From Octopus bimaculoides (lineage: Eukaryota): a stretch of 64,000 bases of DNA. Where the stretch lies: assembly GCF_001194135.2 (NCBI RefSeq), contig NC_068983.1:163925968-163989967 (forward strand), in the 5' to 3' direction. The position numbers and the translations under genes were made by a program. This document shows, one piece after another, positions 25,901 through 38,408 of the stretch. Each line of letters opens with the position of its first letter. The stretch's first letter is position 1. The notes below the pieces were generated by a model. That model searched no databases, was not told the origin of the DNA, and saw only the letters and a list, made by a program, of their open reading frames with translations.

Positions 25901-27830
25901 CTGTGACCGGATTACAACTCCCTTTTTGTTTCTTATATACGAGACACATCCTTTGGTTAGGCAAGACTTTTTTTTGTTAATCAACATTGCATGCAAACGT
26001 TGAGATGCGACATTTGTAAAGAATAATGGGCGCCGCACAAATGTAGGCTGACATCGCTCGACTAAGTTTTTTTTTTTTTGCATTTCATCTACTGTGTTAG
26101 TTGTAAGGTCGGTTCAAATACTGACTCCAGAAGATTACAAGACAATTGCAGTTGGATTCTTCCGTTGTGTAATCCAGTGCATGGGGAAAGATGATCTGAG
26201 AGACGTTTTAGATGATTGCATTCAATAAATCGATTTTTCTGAAGAACGTTCATGTGATATATTCAAATTATTTTCTCTATCATTGCCTGCTAGTGGTGTG
26301 TTGTAATGGAAAGGGGAAAGGAGGATTCGAGATGGACTGCACAATTATTATTGAAAGTGCTACATATATATATATATATATAATCAAAAAAAGCATCACG
26401 GATTTTAAAGGTTATTGCAGTACGCACGTTTCATGCTACTTATATATATATATATATNNNNNNNNNNNNNNNNNNNNNNNNNNNNNNNNNNNNNNNNNNN
26501 NNNNNNNNNNNNNNNNNNNNNNNNNNNNNNNNNNNNNNNNNNNNNNNNNNNNNNNNNNNNNNNNNNNNNNNNNNNNNNNNNNNNNNNNNNNNNNNNNNNN
26601 NNNNNNNNNNNNNNNNNNNNNNNNNNNNNNNNNNNNNNNNNNNNNNNNNNNNNNNNNNNNNNNNNNNNNNNNNNNNNNNNNNNNNNNNNNNNNNNNNNNN
26701 NNNNNNNNNNNNNNNNNNNNNNNNNNNNNNNNNNNNATATATATATATATATATATATATATAACACTCCATATTGATTTCTTGATTTGTAAAAATCAAA
26801 GCCCTGATCGTGCAAATATTTAAAGTATTGAGATTTCTGTTTATTCCTTAACTAGAATTTGACAATCATGGCTCTGACAGGATTGTCTTACAGTTTTATT
26901 TTAAACTTTTAATTATTCTGTGAGCAAGTTTCTTCAATAATACCAATTCCAATTTGTACAATCCTTTCTGAATTTCCTTAGAAAAGATTTCTCTCTTTCG
27001 AAGTTTCTTGAATTATATTGGTTTTAATGATCTGTTATCAATTTCCAATAGGATTCTAGTAAAAATTGTCTCAGTTTTATGATCTTGGTAAAACTATTGA
27101 TTAGCATGGTAGAATTGGTCAGTTATATTGCAAATTTGGATTAAATAAACTGTTCTATAAATGGAAAACGGAGCTGTAAAATTTCCACTGTGATATACCG
27201 CACAATAAATGGTACTTTGATGACAAGGAATGGTTGATCCAATATCTTGACTGGCCAAATACTTCGACAACATTATGCCACTATCTCCAAATCTCCTTAT
27301 CGGTTTCAAGTATTCTCCCTTCATTATTTCTCTGAATTGTCACAGACATCTATGATGGCCATTTGAGAAGAGAAAAAATCTTGATTATTACGTGTAACCA
27401 ACATTTACAAAGAAATTGGGCTCTTTTCTTTGTACATTTCAGGAAATTGCTTTCATCAACAATGCTTATTTTTTTGAGAGCAGGTACTCTCGTACACAAT
27501 ATCTGCTGCAAATTCTCTATTCTTCCAAGAAATTTTGAATTACATGTGTGGCTACATTCCTTTTATCGCTAGCAGTGAAATACTTCAATAAAGACAGGAA
27601 ATCCTGCTTCTTGTCTGTAATGTTTAATTTTGTCAGCTTTCATTTATCGCCTAAATATAGAACTATTTTCTGTCAGATTTTTAAAACTTTACACTTTCTT
27701 TCATCATTTTCGTGGATTATTCAGTTCGGGTAACCGTAGTCTCGGATTCAATACGTCAGATTAATTAGTTCCGTCTCTCTACAACATGAGTTCAAATTTT
27801 GCCAGACTCTGCTTCGCTTTTACAGTTCTA

Positions 27831-28031
27831 CAAAGACGCCAATATTTCGGGGAGGGTGTAAGTTGCTTAAATTCCATCGACCCCTCCCCAACCCCAGTGT
27901 TCAACTGGTACTTATTTTATTGAACCCGAAAGAATAAAAGGTGAAGTCGACCTCGGCGAAATTTGAACTCGGATCGTAAAGACGGACGAAATGTTGCTAA
28001 GAATTTTGTTCTGCTTGCTAACGATTCGCCG
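27831..28031 (-). mobile_element. SINE family C
   Basis: ctggtacttattttattgaacccgaaag...gtcgacctcggcgaaatttgaactc...gctaacgatt. Confidence 0.8.
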
Positions 28032-28518
28032 TTGAAAAAATGTCAATATTAGAAACACAGATATATGAAGATCACTTCAAGAGATGAAGCCCTTATCACT
28101 CTAAAACCCTGTGTGCGTAAGTGTGTGCGTGTGTGTGTGTGTGTGGATGGTCCTGTTTCATTGGGAAGCATTAATATTATATTATTGTGAGTCGCAGTAA
28201 TTATTTACATATGAAAAACAATGAAAGAGATCGACTGAAAGAAAGAGTAGAGCACCGCACTGGATGTTTTATAGTATTTGATTTCACCTCAGTCTACGTC
28301 CTGAGTTGAATCTTCTTGATTTTTTTTGTATTTCGACATGCAATAAAATAAACAAAAGATGAATAAATACCAGATATATCGGAGACAATTCGATCGCCTA
28401 TTTTCTGTCATAACAAATATAAGGTTCTTTTGAAATATAAGAAACGATTATAATTTGAAATTAAAATCACCAGTGAAAGCCGAAATATAGCTAATAATTT
28501 GTATTTTCTATTTTGTAG

Positions 28519-29245
28519 GTTCACCATGGAAAATACAAAGAACATACCAGTGAGGTTAATACACATCACAGAAAAATTCATCCTAACCATAGGTGGATGA
28601 ATCTGGACACTGCTGATTTCTTACCAGAAAAAGGTCAAGATGAAAACGGGAAAAAACAGGATTCTCTAAGTGACAACTTTTATAACTGGGAAGACAATGG
28701 CATTTGGGAAAGTCAATCTGATGTTTTGAGTAAAGGGAAGTTGAAAAAACTTCATAACTTGCATAAATTTAAAACAACTGCTAAGTCTGGAACACAACCT
28801 GAAAGTAGCACTACCACTGGAATCAAGACAACAACGACTAGTTTCTCGGAACCAAGCAAGAAGGATAATTTCCTGAAATATGAAGAATCTGATAATCTTA
28901 AACTGTCAACTGATGGACACAAGAAACGTCTGTCGTATTCAGAGGAGGAACCGATGGGAATTAACAACGGGTTCTTTGAAGACACCATTGAAAATACAGG
29001 TCAAATCTTTGTCGGAGATGTTAAAAAGACAACTGGATCAGGTAAAAAAGTCGAAATTGAATACAAAACGAAAGTTACTGCATCAGTTGAACCTCAGCGT
29101 GCAGTGCCAAAGCCAGCCAACTTGGTTCACCCTGGGTTTACAACAAAAAAAGATACCGTTACTATCAAAACACTAAAAAAATTGCCGAGCACTAAGAGAG
29201 TAACCCCAGCGGTTCCAGCAGCACAGCTTGCCAAGAAACATCATG
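28519..29245 (+). CDS. Coding exon of follistatin-related (FSTL1/4/5-like) gene; 242-aa K/T/S/E-rich low-complexity region
   Basis: Acceptor gtattttctattttgtAG|GTT with a CTAAT branch-like motif upstream. Stop-free frame VHHGKYKEHTSEVNTHHRKIHPNHRWMNLDTADFLPEK...AAQLAKKHH. Donor CATG|GTAAGT at 29246. The phase-1 end matches the phase-1 start of the follistatin-domain exon. Confidence 0.8.
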
Positions 29246-30065
29246 GTAAGTTCCTTATTTTAGCTTTAATCGAAAGAAAAAAACATTCTTTTACTCTTTA
29301 TATCTCTATATCCCTTCACTCTTCTTACATCTCTTTTACTGATTTTGATAATCGAACTGAAGTCATGCTGGAGCACCATCCTCAAGGCTTTACTCATCCA
29401 TGTCAAACTTTCTACGTACTGCTATCTAATGTGTATTTTATTGAGTTCTGTTTATCGAACAGCTCAAATATTTAAATTTAGAAATAAATATGACAGTTGA
29501 GAAAAGCAGTACACGTATGAAAAAAAAAATTAAAATGTAGGGGAAATACAATGAAAGAACAAGAAGCAAGAAGCGGAATGAAAGGAACAAGGAGAAAGAA
29601 GAATAGAGAGACTCGTAATGAGAGAAAGAAAGACAAAAAGGGGCGATTAAAAGGGCGATATTTCGTGTTGTGTATTGAGTACTTTGTCAATGCTAAGTTT
29701 TAAAGTCCCTGGGGAATATATTTATAAGACAGAGGAAGTGTATGATAACAAAATATATTGGGTTTATGGTGTGTCAAGACGACTGGCAATCATAGAACGA
29801 CTCTATCCAGCTGATGGTGGTTACTCAGTGTTTGCCGGTGTTGGTAAAAGGACATGTGAGGGTAATGATCGTTATCATGAAATGATTACGTCTGGTGTCA
29901 TCAGCTCTCTGGTCACCATTTCTAGGAGGGACGTAGTGTTCAGGCATTTCTTTTATAAGGGCGTCTTTATACTTTAAATGGAGTTCTCAAAATTGCTTCA
30001 ATTATGGCATGAAAAATGCCTAAATTGCTTAAGAATTTTAATTCGCAACTTTGATTATTTTAAAA

Positions 30066-30393
30066 GAGTGGCACTTCGTTGGTTACCACGGCAAGGGTTC
30101 CACTTGATCCAATCGAAGGAACAGCCTGCTCGTAACATTAACGTTCAAGTGGCTGAGTACTCTACAGACCCGCGTACCCTTAAAGTAGTTCTCAGGGAGT
30201 TTCAGCTTGACACAGAATGAAACAAGGCTGACTCCTTTGAAATACAGGTAGAACGCATTTTTGTCAGCTGAGTGAACTGGAGCAACTTGAAATAAAGTGT
30301 CTTGCTCAAAGACACAACACACCGCCGGGGATTGAACTTACGACCTTACGATCGGGAGCTGGATACCCTAACCACTAAACCAGGCGCCTTCAC
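30066..30393 (-). mobile_element. SINE family G (D-type head + A-type tail)
   Basis: Shares ggagcaac.tgaaataaagtgtcttgctcaa with family D and ggaacagcctgctcgt..attaacgt..aagtggctgag with family A. Confidence 0.82.
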
Positions 30394-30511
30394 CATTTGA
30401 ATATCTCAATCTACTGCTAAATAGTTATTGTTCACTTTGCAGGATTATACTGCAGATGATTACATGAATCGGTATGCGCCGAACACATATACGCCGAAAT
30501 TCTACATGTGT

Positions 30512-30554
<43 letters not shown>

Positions 30555-31140
30555 ACAGGGAGGGAGAGAGATAGAGAGAGAGAGAAGGAGCGTTAAGTTC
30601 AAACATGGATGTTGAATATTGTTCTGTTGAACGGAATGACTAACCACGAGAAGAAAATTGGTACATGCCTAAGGCCTGATGTACATAAGCTGGACAACAG
30701 AATACAAAACATATTCATTTGTGTGTGTATGTGTGTGTGTGTGAGCGTTTGTGCATGCGTGTGTGTAAACGTGCGTGTCATATGTGATGACTTCAAGTTG
30801 TTTTCCTGCAATGATTGAAGTTTGTGCTGTAAGTTTAATATTTCCATTAATGAGTCTAGTTTGAGGATCAGGTTTCGGATTCAAATACATAAAATTGCGT
30901 TCCATGAGAAAAAGTAATAAAAATACTGTAAGTGGATGAATGTGAACGTTCAATGTTTATCTGAGAAATAGTGTATATAGATGTATTTATGTAAAAGCAT
31001 TGGCGTAAACTTATGTGTTTGTGTGTTAATTTTAGTAACAACATGAATCATAATAGCATAAATATTCTAATATGTATGTATGTATGTATGTATGTATATA
31101 TATATCTGTGTGTGTGTGTGTATGTATGTATACATATATC

Positions 31141-31171
<31 letters not shown>

Positions 31172-31711
31172 ATATGTATNNNNNNNNNNNNNNNNNNNNN
31201 NNNNNNNNNNNNNNNNNNNNNNNNNNNNNNNNNNNNNNNNNNNNNNNNNNNNNNNNNNNNNNNNNNNNNNNNNNNNNNNATATACACACATGTATTATTG
31301 ATACTGTTTTTGCAGCTCAGAAATTGTTGATCAAATATTTTAGGTGTGGTTATTCACAGACGAATCTAAATGAGATGTTATTAAGTTTCGTTACTTGAAA
31401 TAATGGCTCTGTCATTGCACTTGTGTACCCCCCACCCAGTGTGCTTTTGCTTGCTTGGATATTTTTAGGAAGAAATAGAATCGAGGAATTCAAGATAAAT
31501 TTGGTTGGCGTTGCATGTTTTTGATGTCGGAGAAGAAAGAACTGAATTATTATATATCGTATTTACATTTTTGCCTGATGCAGTTTTGGTCCTTGTGGAT
31601 AGAGGGAGCAGTTAGCTGAAACAGAACAAAGAAATAGAAAAGGAAAAACAAAAACATAAAAAAAACAATTCAATCGATTGTACCTGTGTGATACGATAGA
31701 AGAATCATATT

Positions 31712-31794
31712 TCTCTCTCTCTTTCTCCCCTCTCTCTTTCTCCCCTCTCTCTTTCTCCCCTCTCTCTTTCTCTTTCTCCCCCTCTCTCTTTCTC
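31712..31794. repeat. Pyrimidine-rich ~15-bp tandem repeat (CTCTCTCTTTCTCCC)n
   Basis: Direct reading. Confidence 0.85.
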
Positions 31795-33158
31795 ACACAC
31801 ACACAAACACAGACGAACCAGTGTATTAAGTTGCTTAATTTGTCAGAAGTAGCAGTCAAATCTCTCTCCCTCAAATCACACTCTATTGTGCCCCAAAGAA
31901 GGAACACATTGGATAAGATTATCTTAGATTCACGTTCTTTATAAAAGACGGTGAGGTGGTCCAGGCTAGAGTGCTCTTGGTCATTGGTTTGTTTAATCAA
32001 TGACATAGGAACACGCTAGTTTGATGAAGAGTCTCTCACAATTCCTTTTTCGGTTCTCATTTAAAATGAACTAAGGGGTAATAACTCAAATAGACCAACA
32101 GTATAAGTTTGAATGAATGCGATAGGTTGTCATGAGCTGAATATCGTATGCAAAAACTTTCTGATTTGAAATTACCTCTTAGTTCGAGAAAGACAACAAA
32201 TACCTAGCGGTAATTGTTAGCAACGCACAAAGAAAAAGGGAGAAAATTACAAGAAATTCATACTTCAAATTTACATGTTTTGAAGAAAGAAAATGGGATC
32301 TGTGAAGCGATGGACGGCTATAGAGATATTTCGTTCTGTTAGATTTCGTCAGCGAAGCTTAGTCTAACCAAAACTGCCAATCTGTTAACAGAGATTTTAC
32401 GTTCAGATAAAGAGTTAGAAATAAATTTTGACCAGTATATATTGCATAACTAAAATATAAGATTACATCCACATAATTTTATAAAAACATTAGATAAAAC
32501 ATATTTCTTTTGATCATAGGATACAACGTCTGCTCTTTGAAGTGTTGCGCTCAAATGAAAACAACATAACAACCATGCGCTTCAGAGCAGAGATTTTTCT
32601 GTAAATGTTTTATCTTCCGCTCTGATATCACTGATTTTATTTCAAACAAATATATATTTAAAATGTATTTAAATGGATTTAAGTAATAATCATGAGAGAT
32701 TAGAATATAGAACCGATTTTACAAACATGCTGTAGCAAGTATATGTTGCATATATAGATATGTAGATATATAGGTGTATAGGTGTATATGTATGTGTGCG
32801 TGCATATTTGCATGTATTTCCGGAAATGGAAAGTTCTATAGGAATTGTGACTAGTAGTATAATGTTGCGATTCGTCAGACTGAATGAATATTTTGAGAAT
32901 TTTAGTGTATATTTGTACGTAATGGGGGTCTTCTCTGAAAAGTACAGAGAGAAATGTTGTAATACAAGAAGGTAAAGGTTGACTGGATTTGAGGCGTTGA
33001 AATGGGAGTGAAGGCGGTGCATCTTTGTTGCAGGGTGTTCCGGCTAAATTTGACTGTTGGCATAAAATGAAAATAAAGCACAATATATCATTCAAAGATA
33101 AAAGTATTTTAGAGAATAGAGAAACATTTCAACTGGATTATGGCTGGGAGATAACAGT

Positions 33159-33325
33159 TTACGCAAAGTAGCTACCATCAGTTCCCATCATGGCCTTAAG
33201 ACAGCTCCAGAACTCGGCACGTGTTCCTCACTGTATCTCTGTGATGATCTTTGAACACCTCCTTGATCTTGGTCAATACCTTTGCCTTGATATTGCAGGC
33301 AGAATGGTTGGGTGTGAAGACAACT
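33159..33325 (-). mobile_element. Tc1/mariner (maT-like) transposase C-terminal remnant
   Basis: Minus frames KIKEVFKDHHRDTVRNTC / FWSCLKAMMGTDGSYFA* resemble the ...ACARFRSRLEAVIEAEGGYFE* ending. Confidence 0.5.
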
Positions 33326-33647
33326 ACGCTCTACATAGTAATCCATGGGTTTAGTCATCCAATTAGGAGGTCAGAAATTGAGGCTGGTGAGGTTTAAAAA
33401 TCCATGGGTTTACAATCGGGGAAAATAGGAGGCCAACAATTAGGGCGGGTGAGGTTTAAAAAAGTCTCTGACAACCACTTCTGACAATTTCTGAAGGTGT
33501 GATAAAGAGCCACATCCTGCTGCCATACATATGGCCTTCCAGCGGCAACCCCCTTCGGTCAGGGCTGATCCATGTGGGAGTGAACGTCAACCCACTTACA
33601 TCTGGTGTAGCTATTCTCAGTTATTTTCAGGTTTTCCCACATAATCA

Positions 33648-33805
33648 TAGATGTAACTGGGAGGTAACAAGCTTGCCTACCAACCACATGGTTTCGGATT
33701 CAGTTCCTCTGTCTGGTACCTTTACCAAGTCTCTACTGTTGCCTCAAGTGTCCAAAGCCTTGTGAGTGAATTTGGTGACCGGAAACTGAAAGAAACCCGT
33801 CATAT
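33648..33805 (+). mobile_element. SINE family B 5' half
   Basis: caaccacatggtt...aaagccttgtgagtgaatttggt..ggaaactgaaagaaacccgtcata. Confidence 0.78.
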
Positions 33806-33880
33806 GTATATATACGTACATACATACATACATACATACACATATATATATATATATTTATATATGACGGGTTTATTGCA

Positions 33881-34202
33881 CTCTTTTACACGTTTCAGTC
33901 GTTTGACTGCGGCCATGCTGGAGCACCGCCTTTAGTCGAACAAATCGACCCCAGGACTTATTCTTTGGAAGCCTAGTACTTATTCTACCGGTCTCTTATG
34001 CCGAACCGCTTAGTTACGGGGACGTAAACGCACCAGCATCGATTGTCAAGGGATGGTGTGAGGACAAACACAGAGACACAAGCATACACACGCACACACA
34101 TACACACACATATACACAACGGACTTCTCTCAGTCTTCATCTACCAAATCCATTCATAAGGCATTGGTAAGCTCGAGGCTATAGTAGAAGACACTTACCC
34201 AA
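33881..34202 (-). mobile_element. SINE family B (5'-truncated)
   Basis: gactgcggccatgctggagcaccgcc...gaggctatagtagaagacacttacccaa. Confidence 0.87.
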
Positions 34203-34756
34203 TTTGTTTCCTTACACATTCACTCACCCTGATCATCGCATATTCTAACCTCAACACTACACACCTTATAATATTACGGCCGAGCAAACACCCACAACCA
34301 GAACCACGTCACGTCACATCCGCCATTCTCGTCACATCCGCCATTCTCGTCACCTTACGTACTATTCAGAAAGGTCCTCNNNNNNNNNNNNNNNNNNNNN
34401 NNNNNNNNNNNNNNNNNNNNNNNNNNNNNNNNNNNNNNNNNNNNNNNNNNNNNNNNNNNNNNNNNNNNNNNNNNNNNNNNNNNNNNNNNNNNNNNNNNNN
34501 NNNNNNNNNNNNNNNNNNNNNNNNNNNNNNNNNNNNNNNNNNNNNNNNNNNNNNNNNNNNNNNNNNNNNNNNNNNNNNNNNNNNNNNNNNNNNNNNNNNN
34601 NNNNNNNNNNNNNNNNNNNNNNNNNNNNNNNNNNNNNNNNNNNNNNNNNNNNNNNNNNNNNNNNNNNNNNNNNNNNNNNNNNNNNNNNNNNNNNNNNNNN
34701 NNNNNNNNNNNNNNNNNNNNNNNNNNNNNNNNNNNNNNNNNNNNNNNNNNNNNNNN

Positions 34757-34833
<77 letters not shown>

Positions 34834-36645
34834 TGTATGTATATCAATGCCGGAGTAAAAAAGAGAGTGTTATTGTGAAAATTCTAGAAGACTAAAAATA
34901 TTCAGATTGTAAACAACATAAAAACAACACCACATTGTTTTTACAAAGGATAATTTTATAATTTTAAAAATAAACAGCGTTCTATGGTTATGTTCTGGCT
35001 GTCTGATAACGTAAATGGCCACCGCATTCTTTCATCTGTGAGGTGTGAGGAAACAGTGATCAGACGAAACTATGAAACATAAAATTATTATAGATCATGT
35101 AGAAACTTGTCTTCCAGCGTCTATTTTAAGTTGTAAAATAAGAGAAAAAATATACAATCACTTGATACATAGTTTCACAATTTTCACATCTCTAATATAC
35201 GATATATATTTTTATCTTCTAAAGGCTTATAAGATATCGATAGCATATGAACCGATTCAATATTCTACGAAGCAGCAGTTTTTTTGTGTATTGATAGATC
35301 TCTCCCAATGTATTCTATATGAAGGTATCCGCTGCCTTGAATAGAACTATGCATAGATCGTATGTTCACCTTCTCAGTAATTTTATCCAAAGAGATAAGT
35401 CTGCGAGGAGAAACATAATTGTGAATTTGTATATATAGCAATGTATTAGACACTATTATCTTCCTAATTGTGATATGAAACTTAGAATACACTAATCAAA
35501 GGCGCCCTATGCAGTGTTGAATGCAATATAAGCGTTTACTATCATATTTAAGGTGTTCATGTGCACTCGGACGTGGTAAGACATACACTGCAGAAATTGT
35601 CTCAAGAGAAAAATTCTCCTTATAGACAATATGTGTGAAAAGCAGTCCACAGGGCTACAATAATGTCAGTACAGTAGTGCGCATGCGTTTCTACCTTATA
35701 GCAAATACATCGTTAATAATGAATACTGAAGCATTCTTCAGAGCCTCTAAGAACAGGTTGTCCTTATATTAGAACAGCAAATGGTATATTTGCTGTTGAA
35801 CACGAAGTTTTGTTGAACTGAAATTAATTAGAGGCGCACTTAGCAGAAGTTTATCCAGTCATAGTGAGACACGCGCTGCAGAAACTGTCTCGAGAGAATT
35901 TTTTTTTCTTATAGACAGCATGTATGAAAAAACAGATATTTTAGTTAGAATAGTGTCAATGGACCGTAGGACGCATGCGCTTCTGCATCATTTATTATAA
36001 ATAATAATTATACGATTGAAGTTCTGCTTAGGATTTCGGTCTTGAGATCTGAGTCACTTCCTGTGCCTGTTATACAGTTAAAATTTCAAGTAATCCAAGT
36101 CAAGGTGGTTTACAAAATCTTGGTCTTACTCGAGAGTGTCCAGGAGATTAAACCCTGAAAACCCTTTGAGCAAACTCTGTATTGATATAGGGGAAAATCT
36201 ATAATTAGAGATGGTTTATATGGAGCTGTAAAAGAAAAGCAATAAGCCATTGATGTCTTTATAAAAGTTGTTGACTTTTTGATCGTTGATGTATTTGCCA
36301 TTAGAATCTTTGCCGATTGTGACGTAGGAACCTTCCAAGAAGAATAGTCTTGTCAACGGGTTGATGATTAAGAATACTTAATGTACGTCGTCAGGAATCT
36401 GGCTTTGTTCTCAACACTATTGCATCACTTCTAACTCAATGGCGCACAAAAGGAAGCAATGCATTCTTTGAAATTCCAAATACTAGTTTTAGCGAGAACA
36501 GAGACAAGATGCATTTAGATTTAAAACTCAGCTGGTTTTACTTTCAACCATTCTCATTTTTATCTAATCTAAAACAAAGTTTAAGCAATCAGTTTCTTCT
36601 TTCAAGTCCTTTCTCACCTAAACGATTTTCTGATTGTGTGACTGA

Positions 36646-36795
36646 TTTCAAATTTTGGCACAAGGCAAGCAGCTTCAGCGGAATATGTAAGTCGTTTACA
36701 TCGATCCAATGTTCAACTGGTACTTATTGGAGGAATTTGAACGCAAAACATAAAGACAGACAGAGGCGTGCTAACGATTATGCCAGCTCACTGTC
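36646..36795 (-). mobile_element. SINE family C (deleted)
   Basis: tttcaaattttggcacaaggc...ctggtactta...gctaacgattatgccagctc. Confidence 0.72.
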
Positions 36796-37339
36796 TTAGC
36801 AAGTTCTATGGTAATTTAACAAATAAAAATGATTCCAATAAGTTCTCCAAATTTATTGCCGCATTCTTAATTAAAAATATCTGAAATACATCAGATAAGA
36901 ATAAAAACGATACAGAACATCACATACAGTTTCCAAATAATGATTGTTAATTAAGGAACAGTGCTTTCTGATATTACTTCTGTAGATGTTTTTGCTGTGT
37001 AGATGTTGTTGTGGTTGTTGTAATTGTTAATATAATAATACTACTGACTTTGGTCATAAAACATTTGAAGGAAAAACAGCAACCGAAAAAAGAAATTTGG
37101 TAGATGTGGAAGTAGCGAGGATTCGAAAAAGATGAGCAAAACAGAGGAATACAGAGAATAAGATTTAGTGGGGTGGGGTGGGGTGAAGATGTAAGAAGCA
37201 AAGGAGAAAGATGAGGATGGGAAAAAAGTGAATAAAGTAAATAAATAAAAAGATAAAAAGAAAGGTACAAATGTTGAATAGGAAAAGAAATTGCAGATAG
37301 GGTTAAATAATGAAGATCAAGGTTTTAAAAAATGAGGGG

Positions 37340-37413
37340 GAGGAGGAGGAGGAGAAGAAGAAGAAGAAGAAGAAGAAGAAGAAGAAGAAGAAGAAGAAGA
37401 AGAAGAAGAAGAA
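37340..37413. repeat. (GAG)n(AAG)n triplet repeat
   Basis: Direct reading. Confidence 0.95.
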
Positions 37414-38057
37414 AGTAGCAGCAGTAGCGACAGTAGTAGTACATGAGAATTGAGTATAAGAATAGGAAAAAGAACAGAGAGGAGGAAAGGGAGAACAATA
37501 TCAAATTGATCGGAACACCTTTGATTAAGAAAGTTTTTTTTGTAAAGAATTTAAAAAAAAAAAAGAAAAATATTTACCATTTATACAATTCCTTCAAAAA
37601 TTCAATAAACGCTGAACCTGAATTCTTCAATTGTTGAATATCTGTCACTTTTACCTTTTTTCCCGTCTGTTGGAAACAATGGAACAATATTGTAACATGA
37701 GTTGAATAATGTAACCTTTCTATTCCGATGAATGTCTTTCAATGTATTTATTTACAGATCCTTTCATAAATAAATCTTTCTAAATCCTATCCAAGCTTGA
37801 TGTAAATCATTGGTAGGTGAACAACGATACATTAAGAGACACTCGACTGCCTGGCGTAAAGACGGGAGCAAAACATGAGCTGCATAAAAATATTTGACGA
37901 GTAAATAAAATAAAACAAAAGTTTAATACTGTTATGAAATAAAGTAAATAAAATAATAAAACTAAGTTCAAAGCAGCAGAAATGGTATTTATTGTGGCAT
38001 TATATTGCTCTTTCACGTCTCTGCCAGGCCGCCCCATATTCTATCGATATTGGACAG

Positions 38058-38128
38058 TAAATACATACATACATACATACATACATACACACATACATAC
38101 ATACATACATTATCTATTGACTGTCTGT

Positions 38129-38217
<89 letters not shown>

Positions 38218-38408
38218 GCTGTATACACACAAATGTACAAAGTGTGTGTATACATGTGTGTATCTATATATTTATGTATATATCTATGTCATTTCTAAGT
38301 ATATATACCTGCACGTATGTATGTATACACACACACACACACATACATACACACATACATACATACATACATACATACATACATACATACATACAAAAAT
38401 ACATACAT
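38058..38408. repeat. Compound (CATA)/(TATC)/(TGTC)/(CA) microsatellite
   Basis: Direct reading. Confidence 0.92.

Noticed and set aside
29246-29475. C-terminal part of ORF 28597-29475 (GKFLILAL...)
   Set aside because: Read-through past a consensus G|GTAAGT donor into AT-rich intron.
30442-30470. Possible micro-exon tttgcAG|GATTATACTGCAGATGATTACATGAATCG|GTATGC
   Set aside because: The phase-1 reading hits a stop and other readings end in phase 2, incompatible with the flanking exons.
33342-33461. 59-bp-period imperfect tandem duplication, plus short 2-3x tandem repeats at ~200, ~440, ~34310 and ~53790
   Set aside because: Ordinary local slippage duplications with no further structure.
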